Shown here one piece after another: positions 1 to 8,271 of a stretch of 64,000 nt of DNA (position 1 is its first letter; every line of letters starts with the position of its first letter). The stretch spans positions 3,776 through 67,775 of the forward strand of contig JBBRGJ010000001.1 of the NCBI GenBank assembly GCA_038240835.1. Direction: 5' to 3'. This DNA comes from Bacteroidales bacterium (lineage in GTDB: Bacteria; Bacteroidota; Bacteroidia; Bacteroidales; WCHB1-69). Below the pieces are notes generated by a model. The model was not told the origin of the DNA, did not search any database, and saw only the letters and a program-made list of their open reading frames with translations. The translations under genes and the position numbers were made by a program.

Positions 1-476
1 AAGGCTCTGATGCTGGTCTTTGTGTAATTCCATACGATTGTGTGACTTCCGAAATACAAGCGTGGGGAAATCGTGCGAAAGTGGAAATTTTAACCATGGA
101 CGAAGCGCGTGAGATTGCCGCAAAAAGTGATGCATTTTTGGAAGGATATACCGGAACAAAGGGCGGAATTATCGGTTCACTTGCGGCGGTCGGGCTTCGG
201 AAAATTGGCAACGATGGTCGATTCTTACACGTAAAAGGTATGCGCGACCTTAAAGGGGGATTTGATATTAAAAACTTCTTCAATATCGCAGACATCGATC
301 AGATTGTGGAGTTAGAAACAGGCAAAGAAATTACCAGTGGAACCATCTTTCTTGAAGAGTGGTGGCGACCTGTGTTGAAAAATAAAAATAAAGTACTTTT
401 TGTAGAATCAATAAAAAACAATGATTATGAATGGACAAACATCTCAAAAGACGTCATCAGGAGTATTTCCTCTTAG
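1..476 (+). CDS. hypothetical protein, probably 5'-truncated at the window edge
   Basis: The ORF track gives 42..476 with a GTG start. The same frame is stop-free back to nt 3, so the gene likely starts upstream of the window. It overlaps the next gene by 56 nt. No family recognised. Confidence 0.55.
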   Translation, partial: GSDAGLCVIPYDCVTSEIQAWGNRAKVEILTMDEAREIAAKSDAFLEGYTGTKGGIIGSLAAVGLRKIGNDGRFLHVKGMRDLKGGFDIKNFFNIADIDQIVELETGKEITSGTIFLEEWWRPVLKNKNKVLFVESIKNNDYEWTNISKDVIRSISS

Positions 477-993
477 TATTTCTAACTCGGTTGTTAGATA
501 CATCTTGCTCTATCTGATTGGCGCATTTGCCATGGTCATCCATGCTCGCTTACGTTTACACTTGGGAATTCCTGGTCACCAAGGATTTATTTATATGGCC
601 TTGCTTGTTGGCGCTTCTTCAGCACTTAGTACTCGTTTTTCGGGACTTGCATTTGCAGCCGGTTCTTCCACTATTTTAGCTTTTGGAATTTTAGGTTTTT
701 CAAATCCATTTATTTTTGTCGAATACCTTTTTGTGGGAATAGTGGCCGATATACTTCTGAATGTTTCCAAAACAAGCAGATATAAATTGATCTTTATCTT
801 GTTGGTAGGAGCATTGGGTTATGGAATGATTCCTGTGATTCGATTAATTATGACCTCGTTGACTGGTTTTCCATTCAAATCGTTTATGAAATTCGGATTT
901 GGAGTAGTGATGTTATCTCACATTGGGTTTGGAATGGCTGGTGCGATTTCTGGCTTTGGCATTAGCAAACTGTTTGCGTCAAAGAAGAGCTAA
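421..993 (+). CDS. integral membrane protein (about 5-6 TM helices), unknown family
   Basis: 190 aa, almost entirely hydrophobic helices (YILLYLIGAFAMVI, FIYMALLVGASSAL, LIFILLVGALGYGMIPVI and others). Its stop abuts the next ATG. Confidence 0.6.
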   Translation: MIMNGQTSQKTSSGVFPLSISNSVVRYILLYLIGAFAMVIHARLRLHLGIPGHQGFIYMALLVGASSALSTRFSGLAFAAGSSTILAFGILGFSNPFIFVEYLFVGIVADILLNVSKTSRYKLIFILLVGALGYGMIPVIRLIMTSLTGFPFKSFMKFGFGVVMLSHIGFGMAGAISGFGISKLFASKKS

Positions 994-1884
994 ATGAAAA
1001 GAACTGTATTCATTGCGATGGCTTTGATAGGAGTGTTGTCAATCTTAAATTCCTGTAAGAAGGAGGTCGTTGAGAAAATTTCACCTTCCATTTATTTTGC
1101 CGTAGAGCCTAATTTTTTATCGACCGATTCGGTGTTGAATTTGAATCAGAAGGTGAGCGTGAAAATTTATGCTTCGTCTGAAGGTTCTGCCATCACGCTG
1201 TTTAATTTCAAAATTTATGACGGAGAAAAGGTTACTTCCGTGGATTCGGGGTTGAATACAAGTGCCTTTTCTAAAGAGATTACTTTTACGAAAGGTCTAG
1301 CAACTCACGAAAGATGGGTGTTTGCAGTTAGAAATAAAGACATGCAGTGGGATAGCGTTTCGTTATCGGTTGATTTGAAACCCGGTTGGCAGTTTGGACC
1401 TATTACTACGGTGACTGGAATTCAACTTGGCGCTCAACAGAATAATTCCTTTGGAAGTTTCTATTCCATCTCACAGAATTTGGTCGCTACGCTTGCCATT
1501 GGCGCTAACTCTTCCAGTTTTTACGATTTGTGCTACTATTTTGATAATACTGGCGATATGAATACGCTTGCTTCTCCGGGAGCGAATATTTCAACCTCTA
1601 TTTTTGATCTGTCATCGTGGGCTGTGAAAAACGAAGCCCGATTTATGCAAACAACGCTCACTGCAACCGATTTTGATAATAGTCACAACGATAGTCTGAT
1701 TATCTCCAATACTTTTGTCTATCAATCGGGTAAGAGAAAGTGTAAACTGCTTGCCCCAGGCGATGTCTACTCTTTTATTCGTGGCGATTACAAAGGATTA
1801 ATTAAGTTTACCCAAGTTGTGGGTGCCGAGAGTGGAAACGTAGTCATGGACATAAAATATCAACCACTAACTGATAAACGATGA
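994..1884 (+). CDS. lipoprotein, unknown function
   Basis: Signal peptide ending in a lipobox-like LNSC. The ATG directly follows the upstream stop, and the 3' end overlaps the receptor gene by 4 nt (ATGA). Confidence 0.65.
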   Translation: MKRTVFIAMALIGVLSILNSCKKEVVEKISPSIYFAVEPNFLSTDSVLNLNQKVSVKIYASSEGSAITLFNFKIYDGEKVTSVDSGLNTSAFSKEITFTKGLATHERWVFAVRNKDMQWDSVSLSVDLKPGWQFGPITTVTGIQLGAQQNNSFGSFYSISQNLVATLAIGANSSSFYDLCYYFDNTGDMNTLASPGANISTSIFDLSSWAVKNEARFMQTTLTATDFDNSHNDSLIISNTFVYQSGKRKCKLLAPGDVYSFIRGDYKGLIKFTQVVGAESGNVVMDIKYQPLTDKR

Positions 1885-4166
1885 AATTTAAACACCTAAT
1901 TTTTCTGTTGTTTTTGTCTATTATCGGCAAAAATGTGATGACTCAATCGATTCAAGGGGTGGTCTATGATTCCATTAGCAAAAAAAATGTTGCGGATGTT
2001 TATGTATTGGATGAAAAGTATAATTTAATCGCTGTCACAACCAATGAGGGTAGATTTACAGTAGATTTTATAGAAAATTCAACCATTCATTTTTCTCATG
2101 TAGGATTTCACTCTTTTCAAATAAACTTGAAACCCCAATCGGATGGTCTTTTAAAAATTGCATTGATTCCAATCACCACTATTTTGGACTCGGTGATTGT
2201 TTCTGCCGATTTGAATGGTTCGGGACAAAAAGAAGTGCCCATGTTTGCAAAAACTATTTCACAAAATGATCTGATGGAAACACCAGCGACAAACATCGAC
2301 CTTTTTTTGAGAAAAGTGCCCGGCGTGAATGTCAACCGCAGTTGGGGAATTTTTTCAAAAAATGCAAGCATTACCATGCGAGGTCTTACCAACAGCGCTT
2401 CTGTGTTGGTTGCTTTGGATGGAGTGCCTCTCAATAAGTTAGCAGGGGGAAGTGTGAATTGGAACATGATGTCTTCCTCTTCGCTGTCCAGAATTGAGGT
2501 GGTAAAAGGTTCAAATGCAGCTCAATATGGGATGAATGCCATGGGCGGATGTGTGAATTTGGTTGGAAGAAAACCACAAAAAAAGTTGGAAGGAACGTTG
2601 TCGCTGTTTGGAGGAACTTACAATACTGGTGGAGGAACTTTGTATTTGGGAAGTAGAAACGATGAACATCGAATTAAATATTATTGGAATTTAAACCTAA
2701 ATGCCAGGTCTGGCGATGGATATATCTACTTTCCCACCAACGCACCTTCGCCAATTGCACAGAAAACTTACCTAAAAGAGAAATCTGCCTTGTTTAACAG
2801 CGGCGTAACTTGGAATCGCAGACACTCTACTCAAATTGGAGCACTGTGGAGTCTCGACAAAAGGGGAGAAGGTATTAAAGTGTGGGAGAAGGATGGAAGT
2901 TATAATAGCTACAATACTAATATTTTATGGGTTAAACATAATTATACTACTTCCAAATTGAATCTTTCGTTGCTTGCTTTTTCTAACGTAGAAAATTACT
3001 TCCGACAAAACGAAAATGTGAATAATTCGGGACTTTATCAATACTCAGAAACAAATTCATTGAAAGGAGATCGGGGAGTGAAACTGATTGCGAATTGGCT
3101 TCCCTCTATTAAGAACAATACGCTCAGTGGTGGCGTGGAAATCCGCCAAGGTGATGTGAGAGCTTCTGATTTGTACTATACATCTACCGATAAAATTACC
3201 TTTAAAGGGAATTTGGTTTTTGCGGGAATGTTTTTGCAAGATGATATCAAAATTACAAGTAAATTGAATGCTAAAATGTCTTTCCGATACGATTGGGCTT
3301 GGTTTAATCATGGAAATCTCGTGGTGTCTAATCCAACGCCGGTAACACTCTTTTTAGTGCCAGTAGATCAAAATTTTGAAAATAAACAGTGGAATGGATT
3401 TAGTCCAAAACTCTCGTTGTCGTATGATTTTGCAAAATCTACGATGATTTATATTTCTGCTTCCAAAGGTTTTTTGCCTCCCAAAATTGAGGATATGACT
3501 AAGTCTGGAAAAATAAGAAAAGGGTTCAAAATGGCAAACCCAAATCTATTTCCCGAACGATTGGCAAATTATGAGTTGGGCGTGAAATCGGTGTGGTTCA
3601 AAAAATTGGAAGTTGAAGCGGTGGTTTACTACAGTCATGGAAATGATTTTCAATACTTTGTCTCACAAGGTGATTCTGTGGATGTTGGCGCTGATGCCTT
3701 ATTACCAGTATTGCAAAAGACGAACATTGCCAATGTGGATATTTTTGGAACTGATTTGTTGATTAATTGGAAACAGAGTAAGTATTTTAATTTTCAAGTT
3801 AATTACTCCTACAACTCCAGCAAAATTGGGTCTATGAGTAGCGAAAACCCTGAAGTGCTCAAACTGGAAGGCAAGTTCTTGGCTGAAGTTCCTACACATA
3901 TTTTGGGCGTTTACTCAGATTTTCATCTGAAAGGATTTAACCTCTCTCTGTCGTATAATTATAATGGGGATCAGTGGTACGACGACGAGAATGTAGAAAT
4001 AGTAAAAGCATACAGCCTTTTCAATAGCAAGTTGTCCAAACGGATAAGCAAAAATATTTGGGCCGCCATCAGCATCGAAGATCTCTTGGATAGCCACTAC
4101 ATCGACCGAAAAGGATATTTATCCCCCGGCAGATTTATCCTCGGAGAACTGAGAATCGAATTTTAA
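1881..4166 (+). CDS. TonB-dependent receptor with N-terminal carboxypeptidase-regulatory-like domain
   Basis: 761 aa with a signal peptide. CarbopepD_reg-like segment IQGVVYDS..EGRFTV, plug motifs (ITMRGL, VLVALDGVPLN) and a C-terminal barrel ending in aromatic F (ELRIEF). Confidence 0.85.
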   Translation: MKFKHLIFLLFLSIIGKNVMTQSIQGVVYDSISKKNVADVYVLDEKYNLIAVTTNEGRFTVDFIENSTIHFSHVGFHSFQINLKPQSDGLLKIALIPITTILDSVIVSADLNGSGQKEVPMFAKTISQNDLMETPATNIDLFLRKVPGVNVNRSWGIFSKNASITMRGLTNSASVLVALDGVPLNKLAGGSVNWNMMSSSSLSRIEVVKGSNAAQYGMNAMGGCVNLVGRKPQKKLEGTLSLFGGTYNTGGGTLYLGSRNDEHRIKYYWNLNLNARSGDGYIYFPTNAPSPIAQKTYLKEKSALFNSGVTWNRRHSTQIGALWSLDKRGEGIKVWEKDGSYNSYNTNILWVKHNYTTSKLNLSLLAFSNVENYFRQNENVNNSGLYQYSETNSLKGDRGVKLIANWLPSIKNNTLSGGVEIRQGDVRASDLYYTSTDKITFKGNLVFAGMFLQDDIKITSKLNAKMSFRYDWAWFNHGNLVVSNPTPVTLFLVPVDQNFENKQWNGFSPKLSLSYDFAKSTMIYISASKGFLPPKIEDMTKSGKIRKGFKMANPNLFPERLANYELGVKSVWFKKLEVEAVVYYSHGNDFQYFVSQGDSVDVGADALLPVLQKTNIANVDIFGTDLLINWKQSKYFNFQVNYSYNSSKIGSMSSENPEVLKLEGKFLAEVPTHILGVYSDFHLKGFNLSLSYNYNGDQWYDDENVEIVKAYSLFNSKLSKRISKNIWAAISIEDLLDSHYIDRKGYLSPGRFILGELRIEF

Positions 4167-4169
4167 ATA

Positions 4170-4676
4170 AGTATTGTTATTTCTTAATTCTGTCTTCTTG
4201 CATTTTTCTTCTTCCTTTGTGAAACTTTGTGCCTCCTTTGTCTACCTAGTATAATGGTAGATAAATGTTACTTCGTGGCACAGCATAAAGTTTTTATTAG
4301 TTGCACTTTTGGCTTCTTTTTTGTCACAAAAATCGATTGCTTCGCCTCAATTTTTCCGCCAAAAAATACAATTTATTTTCCATCTCTGGACCCGGGCGTT
4401 GCCCGAGCCTTATATAAGCTGGGCACTTCGACTTAGCTCAGCACACCGCTTTCAGCCCGTTTATCCTTCACTAGGGGACTAATTTGCCCCACTGTCCCGA
4501 TAATTATCAAGAGCAGTAAAGTTTCTAATTATAAAAGACTTCATATTTCTTACTTCTATATTCTATATTCTTGCTTCTTCTTTTTCAGTCTCGCTTCGCG
4601 CACTCATCACTCATCACTTCTTCTTCTTCAGTTTCACAACAAAAAATCATTTAACTAACATTTCAAAAAATTATTC
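4170..4676. repeat. modular intergenic repeat block A
   Basis: Contains ctttgtg-type module 4211-4240 and inverted hairpin module 4240-4266. Also a reverse-oriented cacttcgac..gctcag module near 4424-4446, cttacttct-type runs 4541-4580 and tctcgcttcgcg/catcactcatcac 4588-4618. Confidence 0.8.
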
Positions 4677-4684
4677 TAAATTTG
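4677..4684 (+). promoter_or_regulatory. Bacteroidota -7 box TAAATTTG upstream of wtpA
   Basis: Exact match to the TAnnTTTG consensus, 49 nt before ATG 4733. Confidence 0.45.
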
Positions 4685-4732
4685 TCATCAATTACCGATA
4701 TGTTTATTTTTACATGTCATAAATACTTGAAA

Positions 4733-5722
4733 ATGAAGAAATACAACACAGTTTTTATTAAAGGATTGATTTCTATTCCGCTCCTTGTGATGATTTTAAT
4801 CTTTTTTTCCAGTTGCAAACCAACAAAAAAAACGGACGATCTTTCGGGCGATCTGATTATCTTCCATGCAGGCAGTCTGTCGATGCCGTTGAAGGAGATT
4901 GCCGTTGAATTTAAAAAGGAATATCCCAACGCAAATATACTGTTTGAAGCGGCTGGAAGTGTCGAAAGTGCTCGTAAGATTACCGAATTAAACAAACCTT
5001 GTGATGTGATGCTCTCTGCTGATTATGCCGTCATTGATAAAATGTTGGTTCCCAAATATGCCGATTGGAATATTAAGTTTGCCTCGAATGAAATGGCCAT
5101 CGTCTTTTCCGAAAAATCAAAACGTAGTGGCGAAATAGATTCTGCAAATTGGATGGATGTTTTACTTGATAAGTCGGTTAAAATTGGTCGCTCCGACCCA
5201 AATTCTGATCCCTGTGGCTATCGGACTGTTTTGGTGGCTAAGTTGGCGGAATCATTTTACAAAAAAGCTGGATTAGCCAACCAATTGATGAACAAAGATC
5301 GGGAGAATATTCGTCCCAAAGAGACTGATTTGTTGGCTTTGTTAGAGACCAATACCATCGATTATATTTTCTTGTATCGTTCGGTGGCGGTTCAGCACAA
5401 CTTGAAATTTATCACTTTACCCGATCAAGTGAACCTTAAAAGTTCTGAATTTGAGGATTTATATAATAACGTTTCAACAAATATTAATGGAAAAAAACCT
5501 GGTGAAACCTACGAGCAAGTGGGAGAACCCATGGTGTATGGGGTCACAATATTGAATAATGCTCCCAATCGGAAATTAGCACTCGCTTTTGTCGAATTTC
5601 TGCTCACAAGCGACAAAGGCATGGCAATCATGGCAAAACTCGGTCAACCATCGGTGGTGCCTTCCTCTACATTTACCTTTGATAAAATTCCGGAAGAGTT
5701 GAAACGTTTTGCAAAGAAATAA
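4733..5722 (+). CDS. wtpA: tungstate/molybdate ABC transporter substrate-binding lipoprotein, WtpA type
   Basis: Motifs FHAGSL, EAAGS, DPNSDPCGYR and VYGVTILNNAPN match the WtpA-type oxyanion binder as I recall it. The lipobox FFSSC follows the internal ATG at 4733. The TTG at 4682 lies inside a promoter box. Confidence 0.7.
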   Translation: MKKYNTVFIKGLISIPLLVMILIFFSSCKPTKKTDDLSGDLIIFHAGSLSMPLKEIAVEFKKEYPNANILFEAAGSVESARKITELNKPCDVMLSADYAVIDKMLVPKYADWNIKFASNEMAIVFSEKSKRSGEIDSANWMDVLLDKSVKIGRSDPNSDPCGYRTVLVAKLAESFYKKAGLANQLMNKDRENIRPKETDLLALLETNTIDYIFLYRSVAVQHNLKFITLPDQVNLKSSEFEDLYNNVSTNINGKKPGETYEQVGEPMVYGVTILNNAPNRKLALAFVEFLLTSDKGMAIMAKLGQPSVVPSSTFTFDKIPEELKRFAKK

Positions 5723-5794
5723 AACTTACTATAATTCTACTTTTAATTGCACTCGTGAGAGTAGGAAAATTACCTCTTTTTTAGCTTTTTTGGC

Positions 5795-5915
5795 GAAGTC
5801 TTGATTTTTTGGTTACTTTTGTTCGTAGAATTTTTATAATATAATGAACTCACGCTTTCGCCCCTTAAAAAGAACGGGGCTCAGTTGTATCAAGACAAAA
5901 GTGACACTAAAAAAG
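5795..5915. repeat. repeat modules inside the wtpA-wtpB spacer
   Basis: gtcttgattttttggttacttttg (5799-5822) and caagacaaaagtgacactaaaaa (5891-5913). The latter recurs at 55328-55350. Confidence 0.65.
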
Positions 5916-6017
5916 AAATAACTTCGGAGTAAATTGTGTTACGCTTTTTTGAAAAATTCTTGTCCTAATGATAATTCCTTGCGGTTTTAAGGAAACAGGT
6001 TAACTACAAAAAAATTA

Positions 6018-6803
6018 ATGATTAAAAAAATAGACACATTAAGTTTAATATTCACCTTTTTGGCGGGGTTGCTCTTGTTGTTTATAATTGCACCCGTTTT
6101 CGGAATGTTCTTATCAACCGCTCCCGTTGAGGTGTTTGATGTAGCTAAAGATGCGGAAGTACAGCGTAGTGTTGGTCTAACTTTATGGACATCTATGTTC
6201 GCCACACTGTTATTTTCTATTGGTGCAATTCCTTTGGCATATTTGCTGGCGCGAAAGAAATTTCCTCTCCGAAAGTTGCTCATTGGGATCATCAATATAC
6301 CTGTAATTATTCCACACTCTGCTGCCGGAATTGCTTTGTTAGGACTGGTTTCTAGAGATACTGTATTGGGCAAATTTGCCGAATCAATCGGTATTAGTTT
6401 TGTAAATCACCCCGCCGGAATTGTCATTGCAATGGCGTTTATCAGCATTCCGTATTTGATTAATTCTTCCATTGATGGGTTTAATAATGTACCCGAAAGA
6501 CTAGAGTTAGTGGCGCAGAATCTCGGTGCATCTAAGTCGAGGGCATTTTTCACCATCGCTCTGCCATTGGCTTGGCGCAATATTCTTACTGGACTGATAA
6601 TGATGTGGGGACGTGGATTGAGCGAATTTGGTGCTATTGTAATTATTGCCTATCACCCAATGGTTACTCCTGTGATGATTTTTGAACGATTTAACTCCTA
6701 TGGACTCGCTTATGCACGACCAGTTACCGTTCTTTTTATCATTATATGCCTGACTATTTTTGTTGGATTAAATTACCTCTCTAAAAGACGTCGAAATGCT
6801 TAA
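6018..6803 (+). CDS. wtpB: tungstate/molybdate ABC transporter permease
   Basis: 261 aa, 5-6 TM helices, binding-protein-dependent permease loop (SKSRAFFTIALPLAWRNI). Overlaps the ATPase gene by 8 nt. Confidence 0.75.
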   Translation: MIKKIDTLSLIFTFLAGLLLLFIIAPVFGMFLSTAPVEVFDVAKDAEVQRSVGLTLWTSMFATLLFSIGAIPLAYLLARKKFPLRKLLIGIINIPVIIPHSAAGIALLGLVSRDTVLGKFAESIGISFVNHPAGIVIAMAFISIPYLINSSIDGFNNVPERLELVAQNLGASKSRAFFTIALPLAWRNILTGLIMMWGRGLSEFGAIVIIAYHPMVTPVMIFERFNSYGLAYARPVTVLFIIICLTIFVGLNYLSKRRRNA

Positions 6804-7851
6804 ATTAGAAAATGTATGTAAATCTTTTAAAGAGTTTTCACTCAACAACGTTACTCTTTCGGTTGAGAAGGGCGCTTATTTTATGCTGATTGGAAGTTCG
6901 GGTTCGGGCAAAACTCTATTGTTAGATATTATTGCTGGATTAAACAATGCCGATAGTGGAACCATACTTGTCAACGGCACCAATGTAAATCTTCTGCCAA
7001 TTCAAAAACGAAATGTTGGGTTAGTCTATCAAAATCAAACTTTATTTCCTCATATGTCTGTGTATGAAAACATTGCTTATCCGCTAAAATGTAAAAAGGT
7101 TGACAAAAAATCAATTTCTAACATAATCCACGACATTGCAGTTGAAACAGAAATTGGTCATCTACTTTTGCGCCGTATTCAGGGACTTTCGGGAGGAGAA
7201 ATACAACGAGTTACCATAGCACGTGCATTGGTTAACAAACCAGATGTTTTGCTTTTAGACGAACCCTTGTCAATGCTCGATGTTCAGTTGAAAAGAGGAG
7301 TGAGCTCGCTGTTGAGAAAATTAAATCAGCAGGGACAAACCATCGTGCATGTCACCCACGACTACGAAGAAGCCCTTTCCTTAGCCAATACCATTGGAAT
7401 TATAGAAAAAGGGACACTTATTCAAACGGGAACAATCAAAGAAGTGCTTCAATATCCGAAATCCGAGTTTGTGGCCAATTTTGTGGGAATAAAGAACTTC
7501 TTCCACGGGAAAATTAAAGAAAAAACACAAAATCTTGCTGTTTTCGACTCGAATGGTGTAATCTTTCAAGTAGAAACCACTTCCAATATCGATGCAAAAG
7601 GTTTCTTAGTAGTGGATGCAAATAATATTGTTGTTTCTCATGAACCGATTTCGTCATTGTCCCCCAACACATTTGAAGGAACAATAGCTGAGGTTTTTCC
7701 AACCAGAAATGGAGTTGAACTAAAGATTGATATAGGTATAGAAATAATTGCACAAATACCCACACACTCATTCGAAAACCTTCCTTTTAAGACAAACTCA
7801 ACCGTCTGGATAACCCTAAATCCCAATGAAATAAGATTTTCAGAGCAATAA
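6796..7851 (+). CDS. wtpC: tungstate/molybdate ABC transporter ATP-binding protein with C-terminal TOBE/Mop-like domain
   Basis: Walker A GSSGSGKT, signature LSGGEIQR, Walker B LLLDEP. The C-terminal ~120 aa look like a TOBE domain. Confidence 0.8.
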   Translation: MLKLENVCKSFKEFSLNNVTLSVEKGAYFMLIGSSGSGKTLLLDIIAGLNNADSGTILVNGTNVNLLPIQKRNVGLVYQNQTLFPHMSVYENIAYPLKCKKVDKKSISNIIHDIAVETEIGHLLLRRIQGLSGGEIQRVTIARALVNKPDVLLLDEPLSMLDVQLKRGVSSLLRKLNQQGQTIVHVTHDYEEALSLANTIGIIEKGTLIQTGTIKEVLQYPKSEFVANFVGIKNFFHGKIKEKTQNLAVFDSNGVIFQVETTSNIDAKGFLVVDANNIVVSHEPISSLSPNTFEGTIAEVFPTRNGVELKIDIGIEIIAQIPTHSFENLPFKTNSTVWITLNPNEIRFSEQ

Positions 7852-7861
7852 TTTGAATGTA

Positions 7862-8232
7862 CTTGATTTCTTATATTCTTGTTACTTCGTTTCACCACTA
7901 AGGCACTTAGAGCACTTAGGAACATTTATCTAACAGCTTGCTGGTAGACTAAGACTTCTGACTTCTTTCTTCTCTTCTTCTTCTTCTTCCTTTGTGAAAC
8001 TTTGTGCCTTCTTTGTGTTACTTCGTGTTATAGCATAAACCTTTCAGCTGGGACACAAAAGACACAAAGAATACACAAAAGACACAAAGAAGATTTATCT
8101 AACAGCTTGCTAGGAAGACTAAGTTCACTAAGAATCATTTATCTACCAGCTTGCTGGTAGACTAAGACTTCTTAATTCTTACTTCTGTATTCCCTCTTCT
8201 TTTCACGTTTCACGGAAAATCGTTTCACTTTC
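7862..8232. repeat. modular intergenic repeat block B
   Basis: Three copies of atttatcta(a/c)cagcttgct(a/g)g(g/t)a(a/g)gactaag (7924-7953, 8093-8123, 8137-8166). Also the ctttgtg/cacaaag hairpin 7986-8092, cttaattcttacttctgtattc 8167-8192 and ttttcacgtttcacggaaaatcgtttcac 8200-8228. Confidence 0.85.
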
Positions 8233-8245
8233 TTGAAAAAAAGAC

Positions 8246-8253
8246 TACTTTTG
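8246..8253 (+). promoter_or_regulatory. -7 box TACTTTTG upstream of moeA
   Basis: TAnnTTTG match 19 nt before ATG 8272. Confidence 0.45.
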
Positions 8254-8271
8254 TACTTAAAACAAAAACGG

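Noticed and set aside
421-476. The 56-nt overlap between the first two genes as a possible frameshift or pseudogene junction.
   Set aside because: Both reading frames give coherent proteins: soluble, then polytopic membrane. Overlaps are common throughout this window, and no internal stop or truncated domain is evident.
4381-4520. Possible Moco riboswitch upstream of the W/Mo transporter. The sequence ccgagcc..gggcac plus several small GC hairpins lie in the expected place for a Moco-sensing leader.
   Set aside because: The GC-rich pieces are better explained as members of the repeat module set; for example, ggcacttcgacttagctcag is a reverse-oriented variant of the ..gagcctgtcgaagtgc.. module. 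The candidate -7 box (4677-4684) lies downstream of this region, so it would not be in the wtpA leader. I cannot reconstruct the Moco motif consensus reliably from memory. A cmsearch with Rfam RF01055 would settle it.
8233-8271. N-terminal extensions given by the ORF track. These are TTG 8233 for moeA, TTG 4682 for wtpA, TTG 47376 for the PGT and 47417 for guaA. They also include 58550 for the PPIase, 10641 for MOSC-MogA, 38827 for the aminotransferase and 35992 for neuC.
   Set aside because: The extensions either overlap predicted -7 promoter boxes or the upstream gene, or they precede an obvious signal peptide or family N-terminus that begins at an internal ATG.
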